Shown piece by piece: positions 8,900 through 17,908 of a stretch of DNA of 64,000 nt. Below the pieces are notes generated by a model that saw only the letters and a list, made by a program, of their open reading frames with translations, had not been told where the DNA came from and did not search any database. The translations under genes were made by a program, and so were the position numbers. Each line of letters opens with the position of its first letter. Within the stretch, counting starts at the first letter, position 1. Source of the DNA: an uncultured Oscillospiraceae bacterium (lineage in GTDB: Bacteria; Bacillota; Clostridia; Oscillospirales; Oscillospiraceae); NCBI GenBank assembly GCA_900757415.1, contig CAAENU010000214.1, positions 20,455 through 84,454 on the forward strand, written 5' to 3'.

Positions 8900-11035
8900 T
8901 TACATCAGAGGTTCCATGCCCAGCACGGGATGGTTCTTCGCCGTCAGGAATTCCATCAGGGCGTCGCAGTCGGTGCAGACGGTTTCGTCGGCGATCATGT
9001 CGCTGAAGTTATCGATGCCGTACAGTTCCTTGGCGGTCTTGTTCAGGCGGGGCGCCACATCGTCCTTCAGCTCCTTGGGCATCCACACGATACGTTCGAT
9101 GCCGCCCTCGGCGTGGATAAACTTCTTGGAGGAGATGAAGTGGCGGCCATGGCCCATATAGCCGGGGGTCTGCACGCCGCCGCCGGTGCAGGAGGCCAGC
9201 TCGCCGAAGGTCATGCCCACGGGGGTGGTGCCGCTGTACTCGCGGTTGACCACGATAAAGCCGTTGGACATGGGCTCGATGCCGCAGATGCACTCAAAGC
9301 AGCCGCAGGAGGTCATGGGATCTTCCAGAATGGAGTACAGCGTAACAGACTCCACTGCGCCGTGAGTGGCGTTTTTCACGATTTCGTTGACGGACTCATA
9401 GGAGCCGGTGCGCTCATCCAGACAGCCAACCTTGTCGATGGGTTGAGACGGGCCATTGGGATTCAGCTCATAGGTGGCCTTGGCGTCCAGCCAGGAAACG
9501 GCACCGCACAGGCCCAGACGCTCAGGCGTGACCACGCAGCAGTGGGCGGGCGCGAAAGACTGACACAGGATGCAGGTATAGAATTGATCCACAGACTCGT
9601 CGGACATGGAGGCCAGACGGTCATCACGCATGTTGTAGCGGGGCATTGCCTGCTCTTCCAGCAGCTTTTTGGTCTCGACCGCGTCGGTGATCAGCGTGAT
9701 CTGACACTTATCCACCACGGTGTCAAACTCGTCCATGATCATGTGGTACAGCACCTCGCCGAAATCCTTCATCCGCAGGCCCTTGTCAAAGGCGTCGTTG
9801 GACACGCGGACCCGCAGCAGGTTGCGCTGGCCGGTATGCATCACACCCTCCATATAGTTGAACCATGCGTGGATCTTCCGCTCGATGACGGACTCAAAGT
9901 CCGCCTGCATTTTCTTGCCATACACCTCGATATAAGTGCCCATGGCGTACTCCGTCTCGCCGGAATCGATATCCGGGCCGATCAGAGTGATTTTATGATC
10001 CTCCACCTGATCGGCGTCCTTCATCAGAACCAGCTCGCAGGTGGGATTTTTCGCAGACCAGAATTCGGCCTTCACATCCGCCTTGCGGATGATCTCGCCC
10101 TCGAAAGCGGCGGAGAAGGCCACAGGGATAGGCAGTTCTTTGGACTTGATCTTGATGTTGCGCAGCTCCAAAGAGTGCTTGACGGTCTCGTCATGATCCA
10201 GAACGGATTCCAGTGCGCCGGGTACCTGATTCTCGCCCAGATCGATATCCACCACTACCGGGAAACCCAGTGCAATGGCGCCAGCGCCGGCGGAAACCAC
10301 CACATTGTCGATGGCGCCGAAGGTGTTGACGAACGCGGGAACGCGTTCCTTGGTATAGGCCAGCAATCCGGGCAGATCGCCGGGCTGCACATTGCCGAAG
10401 ATCAGCGCGACGCGGATGGCCACGGTGACCACATGGATCACGGCGGTCACGTCGTGTCCCAGCGGGATCACGCGGAACTCCAGACCCATTTTCACGCCGC
10501 CCTCGGCGCACTGCTCGATCACATCGCCCACCATGAAGGTCATGATGCCCTTGGACTGATAGTCCTTGACCACCTTCACCGCGTCGGCGGGATCGTCAGC
10601 TTTGCCCAGCACCACCGCCACGCCGGGGATATCGCCGGTGACCAGAGGCACGCCCAGAGAACGGATGACGGGATCGGGCACAAAGCCGATGCCGGGCACG
10701 GTCGCCTGCTCATAGGCATCCTTGGGTTCCACATATTTCAGACCCTCCAGGATTTCCGCGCCCACTGCGGTAGCGAGACCTGCATTCAGTGCCTGTCCCA
10801 GATCCTCCTGATTGGTGATCAGACTCTTCAGCACGCCTACGCAGGCAGGCAGATCACCCAGCGTCTTGACCTTTACGCCGGTGGCGGCATAGATGGTCGG
10901 GAAGAAATAAGCCGTATCAGGAAACGCCAGTTCCTTGTCTGCGCCGTATTTGGCGATTGCGTCATTGACCGCGCCCTCGGTCAGGCTGGCAACGGCGTTG
11001 GAACCACCATAGATTAGATCGGTTAATACGCTCAT
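8900..11035 (-). CDS. acsB: Acetyl-CoA synthase (copy 1)
   Basis: FPDTAY, GVMHTGQR, CILCQSFAP..PERLGLCGAVSW and PMTSCGCFEC A-cluster ligands; ATG at 11035 with AGGAGG RBS. Confidence 0.96.
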   Translation of the reverse strand: MSVLTDLIYGGSNAVASLTEGAVNDAIAKYGADKELAFPDTAYFFPTIYAATGVKVKTLGDLPACVGVLKSLITNQEDLGQALNAGLATAVGAEILEGLKYVEPKDAYEQATVPGIGFVPDPVIRSLGVPLVTGDIPGVAVVLGKADDPADAVKVVKDYQSKGIMTFMVGDVIEQCAEGGVKMGLEFRVIPLGHDVTAVIHVVTVAIRVALIFGNVQPGDLPGLLAYTKERVPAFVNTFGAIDNVVVSAGAGAIALGFPVVVDIDLGENQVPGALESVLDHDETVKHSLELRNIKIKSKELPIPVAFSAAFEGEIIRKADVKAEFWSAKNPTCELVLMKDADQVEDHKITLIGPDIDSGETEYAMGTYIEVYGKKMQADFESVIERKIHAWFNYMEGVMHTGQRNLLRVRVSNDAFDKGLRMKDFGEVLYHMIMDEFDTVVDKCQITLITDAVETKKLLEEQAMPRYNMRDDRLASMSDESVDQFYTCILCQSFAPAHCCVVTPERLGLCGAVSWLDAKATYELNPNGPSQPIDKVGCLDERTGSYESVNEIVKNATHGAVESVTLYSILEDPMTSCGCFECICGIEPMSNGFIVVNREYSGTTPVGMTFGELASCTGGGVQTPGYMGHGRHFISSKKFIHAEGGIERIVWMPKELKDDVAPRLNKTAKELYGIDNFSDMIADETVCTDCDALMEFLTAKNHPVLGMEPLM

Positions 11036-11070
11036 AGGTTGATCCTCCTTCAAAATAAGACAACAGATAT

Positions 11071-11108
11071 AAAAGGCCTCCCGCCGCCGCGTAACGGCGG
11101 CGGGAGGC
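11071..11108 (-). terminator. Hairpin with U-tract between acsC/E and acsB
   Basis: GCCTCCCGCCGCCG-cgtaa-CGGCGGCGGGAGGC stem followed by TTTT on the minus strand. Confidence 0.6.
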
Positions 11109-11147
11109 GCTAAAGCTTAGAAAATTGACTGTTCCGCGCCGGGAAGC

Positions 11148-13421
11148 TTACTCGTCCAGATAGCTGTCAGAGTACAGAACATGGTTCTTAAAGATGTCGC
11201 AGGACTTGATGGTTTCCATCAGCCGCAGATCGTTGGGGTTGACGATCGCAGAGGTCAGGCCCTGCATCATGGCCATGGCCACCAGCGTGGCGTCCAGAAT
11301 GGGGCGAACCGCCTTGGGCGCGCCGTTAGAGTTGTTGCTCAGGCCGCCGGTGGATTTCAATCCCTCGTCGGCAAACAGCTTGATGGCGTTCAGCACGTCC
11401 ATCTGCTTATCCTGCATGCCCTTGACCACCAGGAACAGGGGGTCGAACCACAGGTCGGAGGCATCCATGCCCAGACTCAGGCCGCGCTCCAGCATGTGGT
11501 GGCAGTGCATCATCCGTTCTTCGTTATCCTTGGCAATGCCATCGGCAGAGCACAGCGCAATAACGATGGCATCGTTGGCGGCGGCCAGATCGATATTGGA
11601 GATACGGGAACCGGCGTCAGCAGAGTTGACAATGGGCTTGCCGTTGGTGCGGTTATACACATGGATACCGGCTTCGATGGCCTTCCTGTTGGCGGTATCC
11701 AGCGCCAGAGGCACATTGTTGAAGTTCTCCTGCAGCAGCTTGACCGCCCATGTCATCAGCTCGGGGCCGTTGGACTCGGCGGGGCCGATATTGACGTCCA
11801 GATAGGTGGCGCCTGCCTTGATCTGCTCGGCGGCACGCTTCAGGATAGGCTCGGGGTTCATGGTGTTCATGGCCTCGCGGATCACGGGGCTGATGCAGTG
11901 GATGCGCTCGCCGATGGTGACGAACTTGGGGGAGTTGGGATCGCGCTGCTTGTAACTCACGCCCATATCCACCACGTCGATCTTGGGGATGGACATAGAG
12001 ATCTTCTCGAAGTCCAGCGGCGCATCGGCGTCCACGGCCTTCTTCTCCTCGGCAGGCTTCTTGGCGGCGGCCACGGCCTCGGCGGCCTTGACATAATCGC
12101 CGTCGCGCAGATACTTCACCAGCTCCACCGCCTCGCGGGTGCCGACCACCACGTTCCAGTCAGGCAGCTTATCCTGAATGTCGCCCTTCATCACGGCGGC
12201 CTTGCCGGGGATGATCAGGGTGCGGCTATTGATCTTCCCGGCGATGTCGTACTCATCAAAGAACTTCTTGATGGAGCCGGAGGAGAACTTGCCGGCGGCC
12301 CACGCGGTCAGCACGGACATGCCGGATGCATCGGTGATCAGCAGGTTCACGGGCACCTTGGAGCGCTCCAGCTCGCCGGACACCAGGAAGTAGGTCAGGG
12401 CAAAGTCCACGGTCAGCGCACAGGGATCGTCGGGAGTTGCGCCATTGATGGGATAGATGCCCGGCTCCACCTTCATGGGTTTCTGAGGATCGGTGAACAC
12501 GTTCTGGCGCAGGCCGTACAGCGGCAGCGCCTCGGCGTAGCGCATGGTCTCCATCACCACGATGGAGCCGTACTTCATGGTGAACACGGAAGCCAGTGCG
12601 GTCTCCATATGCACATCGCCCCGGCACAGCTTGGCCAGATTGACGATAGAGGGATAGCCGAAAGTACGGTCGCCGTCCTTCAGGGCGGTACGGCGCACCA
12701 GCACGGCGTTGGCAAAGGTCTCCTTGATGGTGGCGCCGGTCACGTCGATGATAAGGTTCTTGTTCTCCAGCTTCTCCAGCGCGGCCACGGTGTCGTGGAT
12801 CTCCGCCAGATCGGTGCCCTTTACGCCCAGCACCACGCCGGCATCCACCGCCAGCGCGCTCATAGCCTCATAGTTATCCTTGCTGGCGCCGTTCAGCACG
12901 GGTTTGGTCTCGCCGATAGCGGCCAGCGCCAGCTTGGCGTTGTCCACGCTGTCAGTGTCGATGATGACGGCGCGCTCGGTGGCGGCAGCCTTCTTGCACA
13001 GCTCGGCCAGACGTGCGCCGTCGCCGCCGTCGTGAACCAGCAGAAATTCCACATACTCGCGCTCGCCGATGCGCTCATAATCCACGGCCTTCATTTCGGC
13101 GATCTTGGCGTCCACGGCGGCATCGTCCATGCAGGTGCACAGGGACACGGCAAAACGGTTGCGGTTGACAAAGGTCTTTTCGTGACGCATCATGACGGTT
13201 TCACCGCCCAGCTTCATACCGCCCACCTCGATGGTTTTCATGGGGGGCGCGGTGGCCTCGCTCAGCAGGGCGATAGCCTCGGCGGACATATAGGGACATT
13301 TCTCGATGGGCAGAGCACCCTGAGCGACCTTCATGCAGAAAGCCATGCAGGTGGGAACGCCGCACTCCTTGCAGTTCTTCTTGGGAGACAGCTTGAAAAT
13401 ATCTAATCCTTTAACAGCCAT
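11148..13421 (-). CDS. acsC: Fusion of corrinoid Fe-S protein large subunit (AcsC) and methyl-THF:CoFeSP methyltransferase (AcsE)
   Basis: N-terminal NCKECGVPTCMAF..CPY and TVDFALTY, SVLTAWAAGKF (AcsC); Ala/Lys linker; C-terminal IGERIH, YLDVNIG, LALDT, FDPL, GLSNNSNG pterin-binding barrel (AcsE); single uninterrupted 757-aa frame. Confidence 0.92.
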   Translation of the reverse strand: MAVKGLDIFKLSPKKNCKECGVPTCMAFCMKVAQGALPIEKCPYMSAEAIALLSEATAPPMKTIEVGGMKLGGETVMMRHEKTFVNRNRFAVSLCTCMDDAAVDAKIAEMKAVDYERIGEREYVEFLLVHDGGDGARLAELCKKAAATERAVIIDTDSVDNAKLALAAIGETKPVLNGASKDNYEAMSALAVDAGVVLGVKGTDLAEIHDTVAALEKLENKNLIIDVTGATIKETFANAVLVRRTALKDGDRTFGYPSIVNLAKLCRGDVHMETALASVFTMKYGSIVVMETMRYAEALPLYGLRQNVFTDPQKPMKVEPGIYPINGATPDDPCALTVDFALTYFLVSGELERSKVPVNLLITDASGMSVLTAWAAGKFSSGSIKKFFDEYDIAGKINSRTLIIPGKAAVMKGDIQDKLPDWNVVVGTREAVELVKYLRDGDYVKAAEAVAAAKKPAEEKKAVDADAPLDFEKISMSIPKIDVVDMGVSYKQRDPNSPKFVTIGERIHCISPVIREAMNTMNPEPILKRAAEQIKAGATYLDVNIGPAESNGPELMTWAVKLLQENFNNVPLALDTANRKAIEAGIHVYNRTNGKPIVNSADAGSRISNIDLAAANDAIVIALCSADGIAKDNEERMMHCHHMLERGLSLGMDASDLWFDPLFLVVKGMQDKQMDVLNAIKLFADEGLKSTGGLSNNSNGAPKAVRPILDATLVAMAMMQGLTSAIVNPNDLRLMETIKSCDIFKNHVLYSDSYLDE

Positions 13422-13443
13422 TGTTTGCTTCCTCCTTTCCGCA

Positions 13444-14388
13444 TCAGACCAATTCGCCGATCATGGCGGCGATGGTGCGGATGGCTTCGGGGTGGCGCAT
13501 GATGACGGCGTCGGAGCCGCTGGCCAGCACGGCGGCAGCGGTAACGATCTCCATCTCGATGCCGCGCTCTTCCTGAGAGCCCCACTCGGGCATATCCGCC
13601 TCAGGCATGATGGACTCCTTCACGCCCCAGGTGTCGGCGGACACGGGGGTGATGATGGGCATCTGCAGCATGGCGTCGGACTGGCTCAGAGCGGCGTCCT
13701 TCACGCGATCCAGCGTGGAGGCCACATACTCGAAGCCGTAACCAGCGGCGGCGGAGCCGATGTTCATCACGATGGACTGGGCGTTGACGCCCAGCTGGGT
13801 CATGACGGTATTCAGCTGCTTGGCCAGGTTGATGTCCACGGCGGACTCGGCGCCCACCTTCTGGCCGTAAGCCAGACCTGCGCCTGCGCCGATGGCCTTA
13901 TAGTTCTCGTCGCGGGCGGACAGCACCAGAATATTCTTGCCGGCCAGCGCCTCGGCGATCTTGTTGAACAGCTCGGTATCCTTTTCGATATTCTTGCAGC
14001 CCATGATCACCAGCGGCATGTCGGTGGCGTCGGCCACGGACTTGGCCAGCGCCACGCACTCGTCAACGCTCTTGTTTTCGCCGTTGGGGTCAGCGCCTTC
14101 CAGATGCAGGCAGATGAAGGAAGCGCCCTCCATCTCGGCGGCACGCTTGGCCATGTCGGCCACGGTGGTGCAGCCCTCGTAGAATTTCTGCTCGCCGGGC
14201 ATGGTGCACATGGCCATACCGGCATCGGTCAGCTCCACGCCGATCTTGGGCGCGTTGGCGATCTCACCGTCAAAGGTGTGGAAGGCCAGTACATTCTGGC
14301 CGCCGATGGCGACAGCCTTGTCGCCAACACCCACAACCACCTCGTTGATGCGGGCATTGTACGTCTGTTTCTTGGGAACAAAAGACAT
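13444..14388 (-). CDS. acsD: Corrinoid Fe-S protein small subunit
   Basis: ESAVDINLAKQLN, GYGFEY, LQMP and MRHP motifs. Confidence 0.94.
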   Translation of the reverse strand: MSFVPKKQTYNARINEVVVGVGDKAVAIGGQNVLAFHTFDGEIANAPKIGVELTDAGMAMCTMPGEQKFYEGCTTVADMAKRAAEMEGASFICLHLEGADPNGENKSVDECVALAKSVADATDMPLVIMGCKNIEKDTELFNKIAEALAGKNILVLSARDENYKAIGAGAGLAYGQKVGAESAVDINLAKQLNTVMTQLGVNAQSIVMNIGSAAAGYGFEYVASTLDRVKDAALSQSDAMLQMPIITPVSADTWGVKESIMPEADMPEWGSQEERGIEMEIVTAAAVLASGSDAVIMRHPEAIRTIAAMIGELV

Positions 14389-14419
14389 CTTAACAGATCC
14401 CCCTTACTTTGTCGATATT

Positions 14420-15190
14420 TTAGAGATTCAATTCCCGGATGATCCCGGCCAGCGCCTTTTTGACAGGCGCGCTGTCGGGCACCTGAGAACTGGGTTTTCC
14501 TTCGCAGTCATAGGCGTAAACCATATCGTCCTGGGGCAGTACGCCGGCCAGCTCCAGGTGGTATTTTTCGATCTCCTCCGCCACGCCGGGGTTCAGTTCC
14601 CCATTGGGCGCGCGGTTGACGATCAGCTTCATGGTTCCGGGTTTCAGCTCCAGCTCGCGGATCATCTCCGCCAGACGACCCGCCGCCTGAACGCCCCGCC
14701 GCGAACAATCGGAGATCAGCAGCATGGTGTCCACATGGGGCAGCGTGCCGCGGCTGATATGCTCCAACCCGGCCTCGTTGTCGATGACCATGTATTTGTA
14801 GTTTCCAACGTACTTGTCGATTTGTGTTTTCAGCACGCCGTTGACAAAGCAGTAGCATCCCTTGCCCTGAGTTCGGCCCATGACCAGCATGTCATAGTCG
14901 TCCTCCTCGATCAGGGCGGAGCTGAATTTCATTTCAGCATAATCCGCCTTGGTCATACTGGGCGGCACGGTGCCGTTTTTTTCGGCCTGAGCCATCTCCT
15001 CGCGGATATCGCCCAGCGTGGTCTCGACCTCCACGCCCAGCACTTCGTTGAGGTTGGAATTGGCGTCAGCATCCACCACCAGCAGCGGACCCTTGCCCGC
15101 CTTGCACAGATAGTCGATCATCATGCCGCAGGTGGTCGTTTTGCCGACGCCACCTTTGCCGGCCACTGCAATGATATGTGTCTTTCCCAT
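14420..15190 (-). CDS. cooC: CooC/AcsF-type nickel-insertion ATPase
   Basis: GKGGVGKTT, DADANSNL, GKGCYC, IDNEAGLEHISR. Confidence 0.9.
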   Translation of the reverse strand: MGKTHIIAVAGKGGVGKTTTCGMMIDYLCKAGKGPLLVVDADANSNLNEVLGVEVETTLGDIREEMAQAEKNGTVPPSMTKADYAEMKFSSALIEEDDYDMLVMGRTQGKGCYCFVNGVLKTQIDKYVGNYKYMVIDNEAGLEHISRGTLPHVDTMLLISDCSRRGVQAAGRLAEMIRELELKPGTMKLIVNRAPNGELNPGVAEEIEKYHLELAGVLPQDDMVYAYDCEGKPSSQVPDSAPVKKALAGIIRELNL

Positions 15191-15257
15191 AGTTCGATTC
15201 TTCCTTTTATGGTAAGCCGCGGAAAGTGCCGCTTCCCGCGGCTTACCGAGTTGTTTC

Positions 15258-16214
15258 TCAGATCAGATCCAGCAGACCGGCAGCCTTGGCGATGCAGGCC
15301 ACATCGTCGTACTTATTCAGGGCGTACAGGTGGATGCCGTCCACGCCGCAGGCGCGGTACTCGTCGATCTGGTTGATGGTGTATTCGATACCGGCAGCCT
15401 TGAAGGAGGCCTTCTTGCCCTCCACATCGGCATCGAAGCAGGCTTCGTCGCCCTTGGCGGTCTTGAGACCCACGGAGAAAGGATTGGGGAAAATCCAGTT
15501 CTTGGAGATGATCTCGCACAGGGCGCGGGGCATCACGCAGCCGTTGCGGCTGAGGGCCATATTGATGGTGGCGGCCTGATCCAGAATGGGCATGATGCCC
15601 ACATCCACGGGCATGGTGATACCGGCGGCGCGGATGGCGTCCAGCCAGTAACGGAACTGGTCCATATCCCAGCACAGCTGGGTCATGATGTAGTCGGCGC
15701 CGTTGTCCTGCTTCTGCTTCAGGAAGGCGATATCCGCCTCCAGAGAGCGGCAGGCGATGTGACCCTCGGGAGAGCCGGCCACGGCGATGGTAAACTTGTC
15801 GCCAAACTCCTGCCGGACAAACTTCACCAGCTCGGTGGCATAGTGCAGGTCGCCGCCGGTGCCTTCCCAGCCGAAGGGCAGGTCGCCGCGCAGGGCCAGC
15901 ATATGGTCAATGCCGTGATCCAGATAGTTCTGCAGCTGCTCACGGATGCCCTCCTTGGTGTTGCCGATGCAGGTGAAATGGGTAACGGGAGTGCACTTGC
16001 CGTCCTTCTTGATCTTGTCCAGAACCTCCAGGTTCTTGCCCACGTTGGAGCCGCCTGCGCCGTAGGTGCAGGAGATGTAGTCGGGATTCAAGGTATACAG
16101 CTTCTCAAGAACGCCGTTTTCACCGCAGAGCTTCTCCATGCCGACATCGGTCTTGGGGGGAAACACCTCAAAAGAAAACGCAGCTCTCTTGCTGAAGATG
16201 TCCTTAACGCTCAT
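15258..16214 (-). CDS. metF: Methylenetetrahydrofolate reductase
   Basis: FSFEVFPPK, SCTYGAGG, HFTCIG, LALRGD, IMTQL, GIHLYALN; ATG at 16214 with GGAGG RBS. Confidence 0.93.
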   Translation of the reverse strand: MSVKDIFSKRAAFSFEVFPPKTDVGMEKLCGENGVLEKLYTLNPDYISCTYGAGGSNVGKNLEVLDKIKKDGKCTPVTHFTCIGNTKEGIREQLQNYLDHGIDHMLALRGDLPFGWEGTGGDLHYATELVKFVRQEFGDKFTIAVAGSPEGHIACRSLEADIAFLKQKQDNGADYIMTQLCWDMDQFRYWLDAIRAAGITMPVDVGIMPILDQAATINMALSRNGCVMPRALCEIISKNWIFPNPFSVGLKTAKGDEACFDADVEGKKASFKAAGIEYTINQIDEYRACGVDGIHLYALNKYDDVACIAKAAGLLDLI

Positions 16215-16330
16215 AGTTACCTCCTTAGTATCCTTACAATAACAATATTTATCTGATCCCGGCACCGGGATATAGATACAAGCATAGCCGGCGGGGCACC
16301 GCCTCTGTCCTGCCGAAAAAGAAACGCTCT

Positions 16331-16558
16331 TCAGATCTCGGTAAAGAAGAATTTCTGAGGCAGTCCCGCACTTTCGGCAAACACGGTCAGCTCGCCCCGG
16401 CTGTTGGTTTCGGCGGTGATCTCCACGGATTTCCCCTTGATCTCCTGCCGGACCCATTCCACCGGATCATCGGTCTCCACCTCGAAAAACAGAACGTCCC
16501 GCATCTGATTGCGCTTGCAGTTGTTCTCAATCTCCCGCACCACTTCATAGCGTTTCAT
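16331..16558 (-). CDS. Small hypothetical protein (75 aa) in the acs operon
   Basis: MKRYEVVREIENNCKRNQMRDV...FFFTEI with AAGGAG RBS. Confidence 0.7.
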   Translation of the reverse strand: MKRYEVVREIENNCKRNQMRDVLFFEVETDDPVEWVRQEIKGKSVEITAETNSRGELTVFAESAGLPQKFFFTEI

Positions 16559-16640
16559 AGCCGTCTCCTTTGCACTCAAAAGAAAAACGACCTGCTTGCC
16601 GGGGACTTTTCCCTCGTCCCTGCAAACAGGCCGGAACGAT

Positions 16641-16832
16641 CTACCTCTCCACCTGGATCGTGACCGTGTTCTCCACCAGATCCACAACGGCAAGGCGTCC
16701 TCTCACGCGCTGCTGGCGCTCAAGTACGTCCGTCAACACCACATAGCCATCCTCGCACTCGATGCGCTGGACGTTTGCCAAAAGTAAGTTTTCGCGGTCA
16801 ATGCTGTCCGCGTAAACAGATGAAAGGCACAT
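16641..16832 (-). CDS. cooT: CooT-family nickel-binding protein
   Basis: 63 aa starting MCLS, all-beta pattern ending VDLVENTV; GGAG RBS; CODH/ACS context. Confidence 0.85.
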   Translation of the reverse strand: MCLSSVYADSIDRENLLLANVQRIECEDGYVVLTDVLERQQRVRGRLAVVDLVENTVTIQVER

Positions 16833-16881
16833 GGCGCTCCTCCTCTGGTTGCTCCGATTGTTATTTTTTCTACAATTAAAA

Positions 16882-16911
16882 ATTATACTGGAAAACATGC
16901 GACTTTGTCAA
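16882..16911 (-). promoter_or_regulatory. sigmaA promoter of the cooT...fhs operon
   Basis: TTGACA-N18-TATAAT on the minus strand. Confidence 0.7.
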
Positions 16912-17002
16912 CCATTATTTCGTGCAATCCACACAAAACTGCCATTTCATTTCCCCGTGTTTCGTTTCCCTTCGTTCCTGTTGTGAAAAGGACCACATTG
17001 GT

Positions 17003-17020
17003 ATGTGAATATTTTGACAA
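17003..17020. promoter_or_regulatory. Putative Rex operator
   Basis: ATGTGAA-TATT-TTGACAA, 2 mismatches to TTGTGAA-N4-TTCACAA; weaker copy at 16981-16998. Confidence 0.45.
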
Positions 17021-17131
17021 TATGACGAAAAAAATCTTTTTCCCTGTTTTCGCTTGTATTTTCCCGTAACATCCTGTATGATGCACACAGCGTTTGCATG
17101 AGAAAAAGTCCCTGTTTTCATGCAATTCCCT

Positions 17132-17236
17132 GCTGCAAGAGTAGAAGTGACGCGTTAAGTGCCGGTCGGATGGGAGGTTGCCGCCGGACGAAGGAGCCTG
17201 CTCCGCGATGTCTCTTCGCATCCGCTGTTGCACAGC
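17132..17236 (+). ncRNA. THF riboswitch
   Basis: AGAGTAG..CGCGTTAAGTG..GATGGGA..ACGAAG..GCATCCGCT conserved blocks upstream of folT; downstream CCTCCT can pair with the AGGAGG RBS. Confidence 0.92.
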
Positions 17237-17314
17237 GCGGTATTCGCCGCGTCCGGAACAATCGCATAGCGTTCCCCAACCTCCTCCCACTATTTTAGTT
17301 AGGAGGCCTTTTTT

Positions 17315-17908
17315 ATGCCCGAAAACAAATTTTCCCCCAAGCCGCGGTGGAGCGTGCGTTCCATTGCCATCTGCGCATTGCTGACGGCGCTGAGCGTCAT
17401 TCTGGCGCGTCTGCTGATCCCTATGCCCAACGAGACTACCCGTTTTTCCATTGAGGCGGTGCCCATCTTCATTGCCGGCATGCTTTTTGGCCCGCTGCCT
17501 GGTGCGCTGACCGGCTTTGCCGCCGATTTTATCGGCTGTCTCTTTACCCCTTATGGATATAACCCCATTTTCTGCGTGCCGCCCATGCTTTATGGGTTGT
17601 CCGCAGGCCTGTTCCGTCCGTGGCTGACCCAAAAGGTCTCCCCCCTGCGCATTGCCGTGGCTTTTTTGCCGGCGATCGTGCTGGGATCCATCCTGTACCA
17701 GAGCGGCTCGCTGGCCCTGATCTACGGCGGCGAGAGTAAGATGGCTTTCTTCCTTGCCAAGCTGGCCACCCGCAGCGTGCAGTTCGCCGTCACCGGCGTG
17801 CTGGATGTGCTGCTGGTGTGGGTGCTGTGCCGCTCCCGCGTATTTTCTGCCACCGGCGTGTGGCCGGCCGTGGCCGCCCCCGCCGGGAAAGGAGCATCCG
17901 GTCAATGA
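17315..17908 (+). CDS. folT: Folate ECF transporter S component
   Basis: Membrane protein with ALLTALSVIL and GMLFGP...ADFIG motifs; THF riboswitch upstream. Confidence 0.88.
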   Translation: MPENKFSPKPRWSVRSIAICALLTALSVILARLLIPMPNETTRFSIEAVPIFIAGMLFGPLPGALTGFAADFIGCLFTPYGYNPIFCVPPMLYGLSAGLFRPWLTQKVSPLRIAVAFLPAIVLGSILYQSGSLALIYGGESKMAFFLAKLATRSVQFAVTGVLDVLLVWVLCRSRVFSATGVWPAVAAPAGKGASGQ

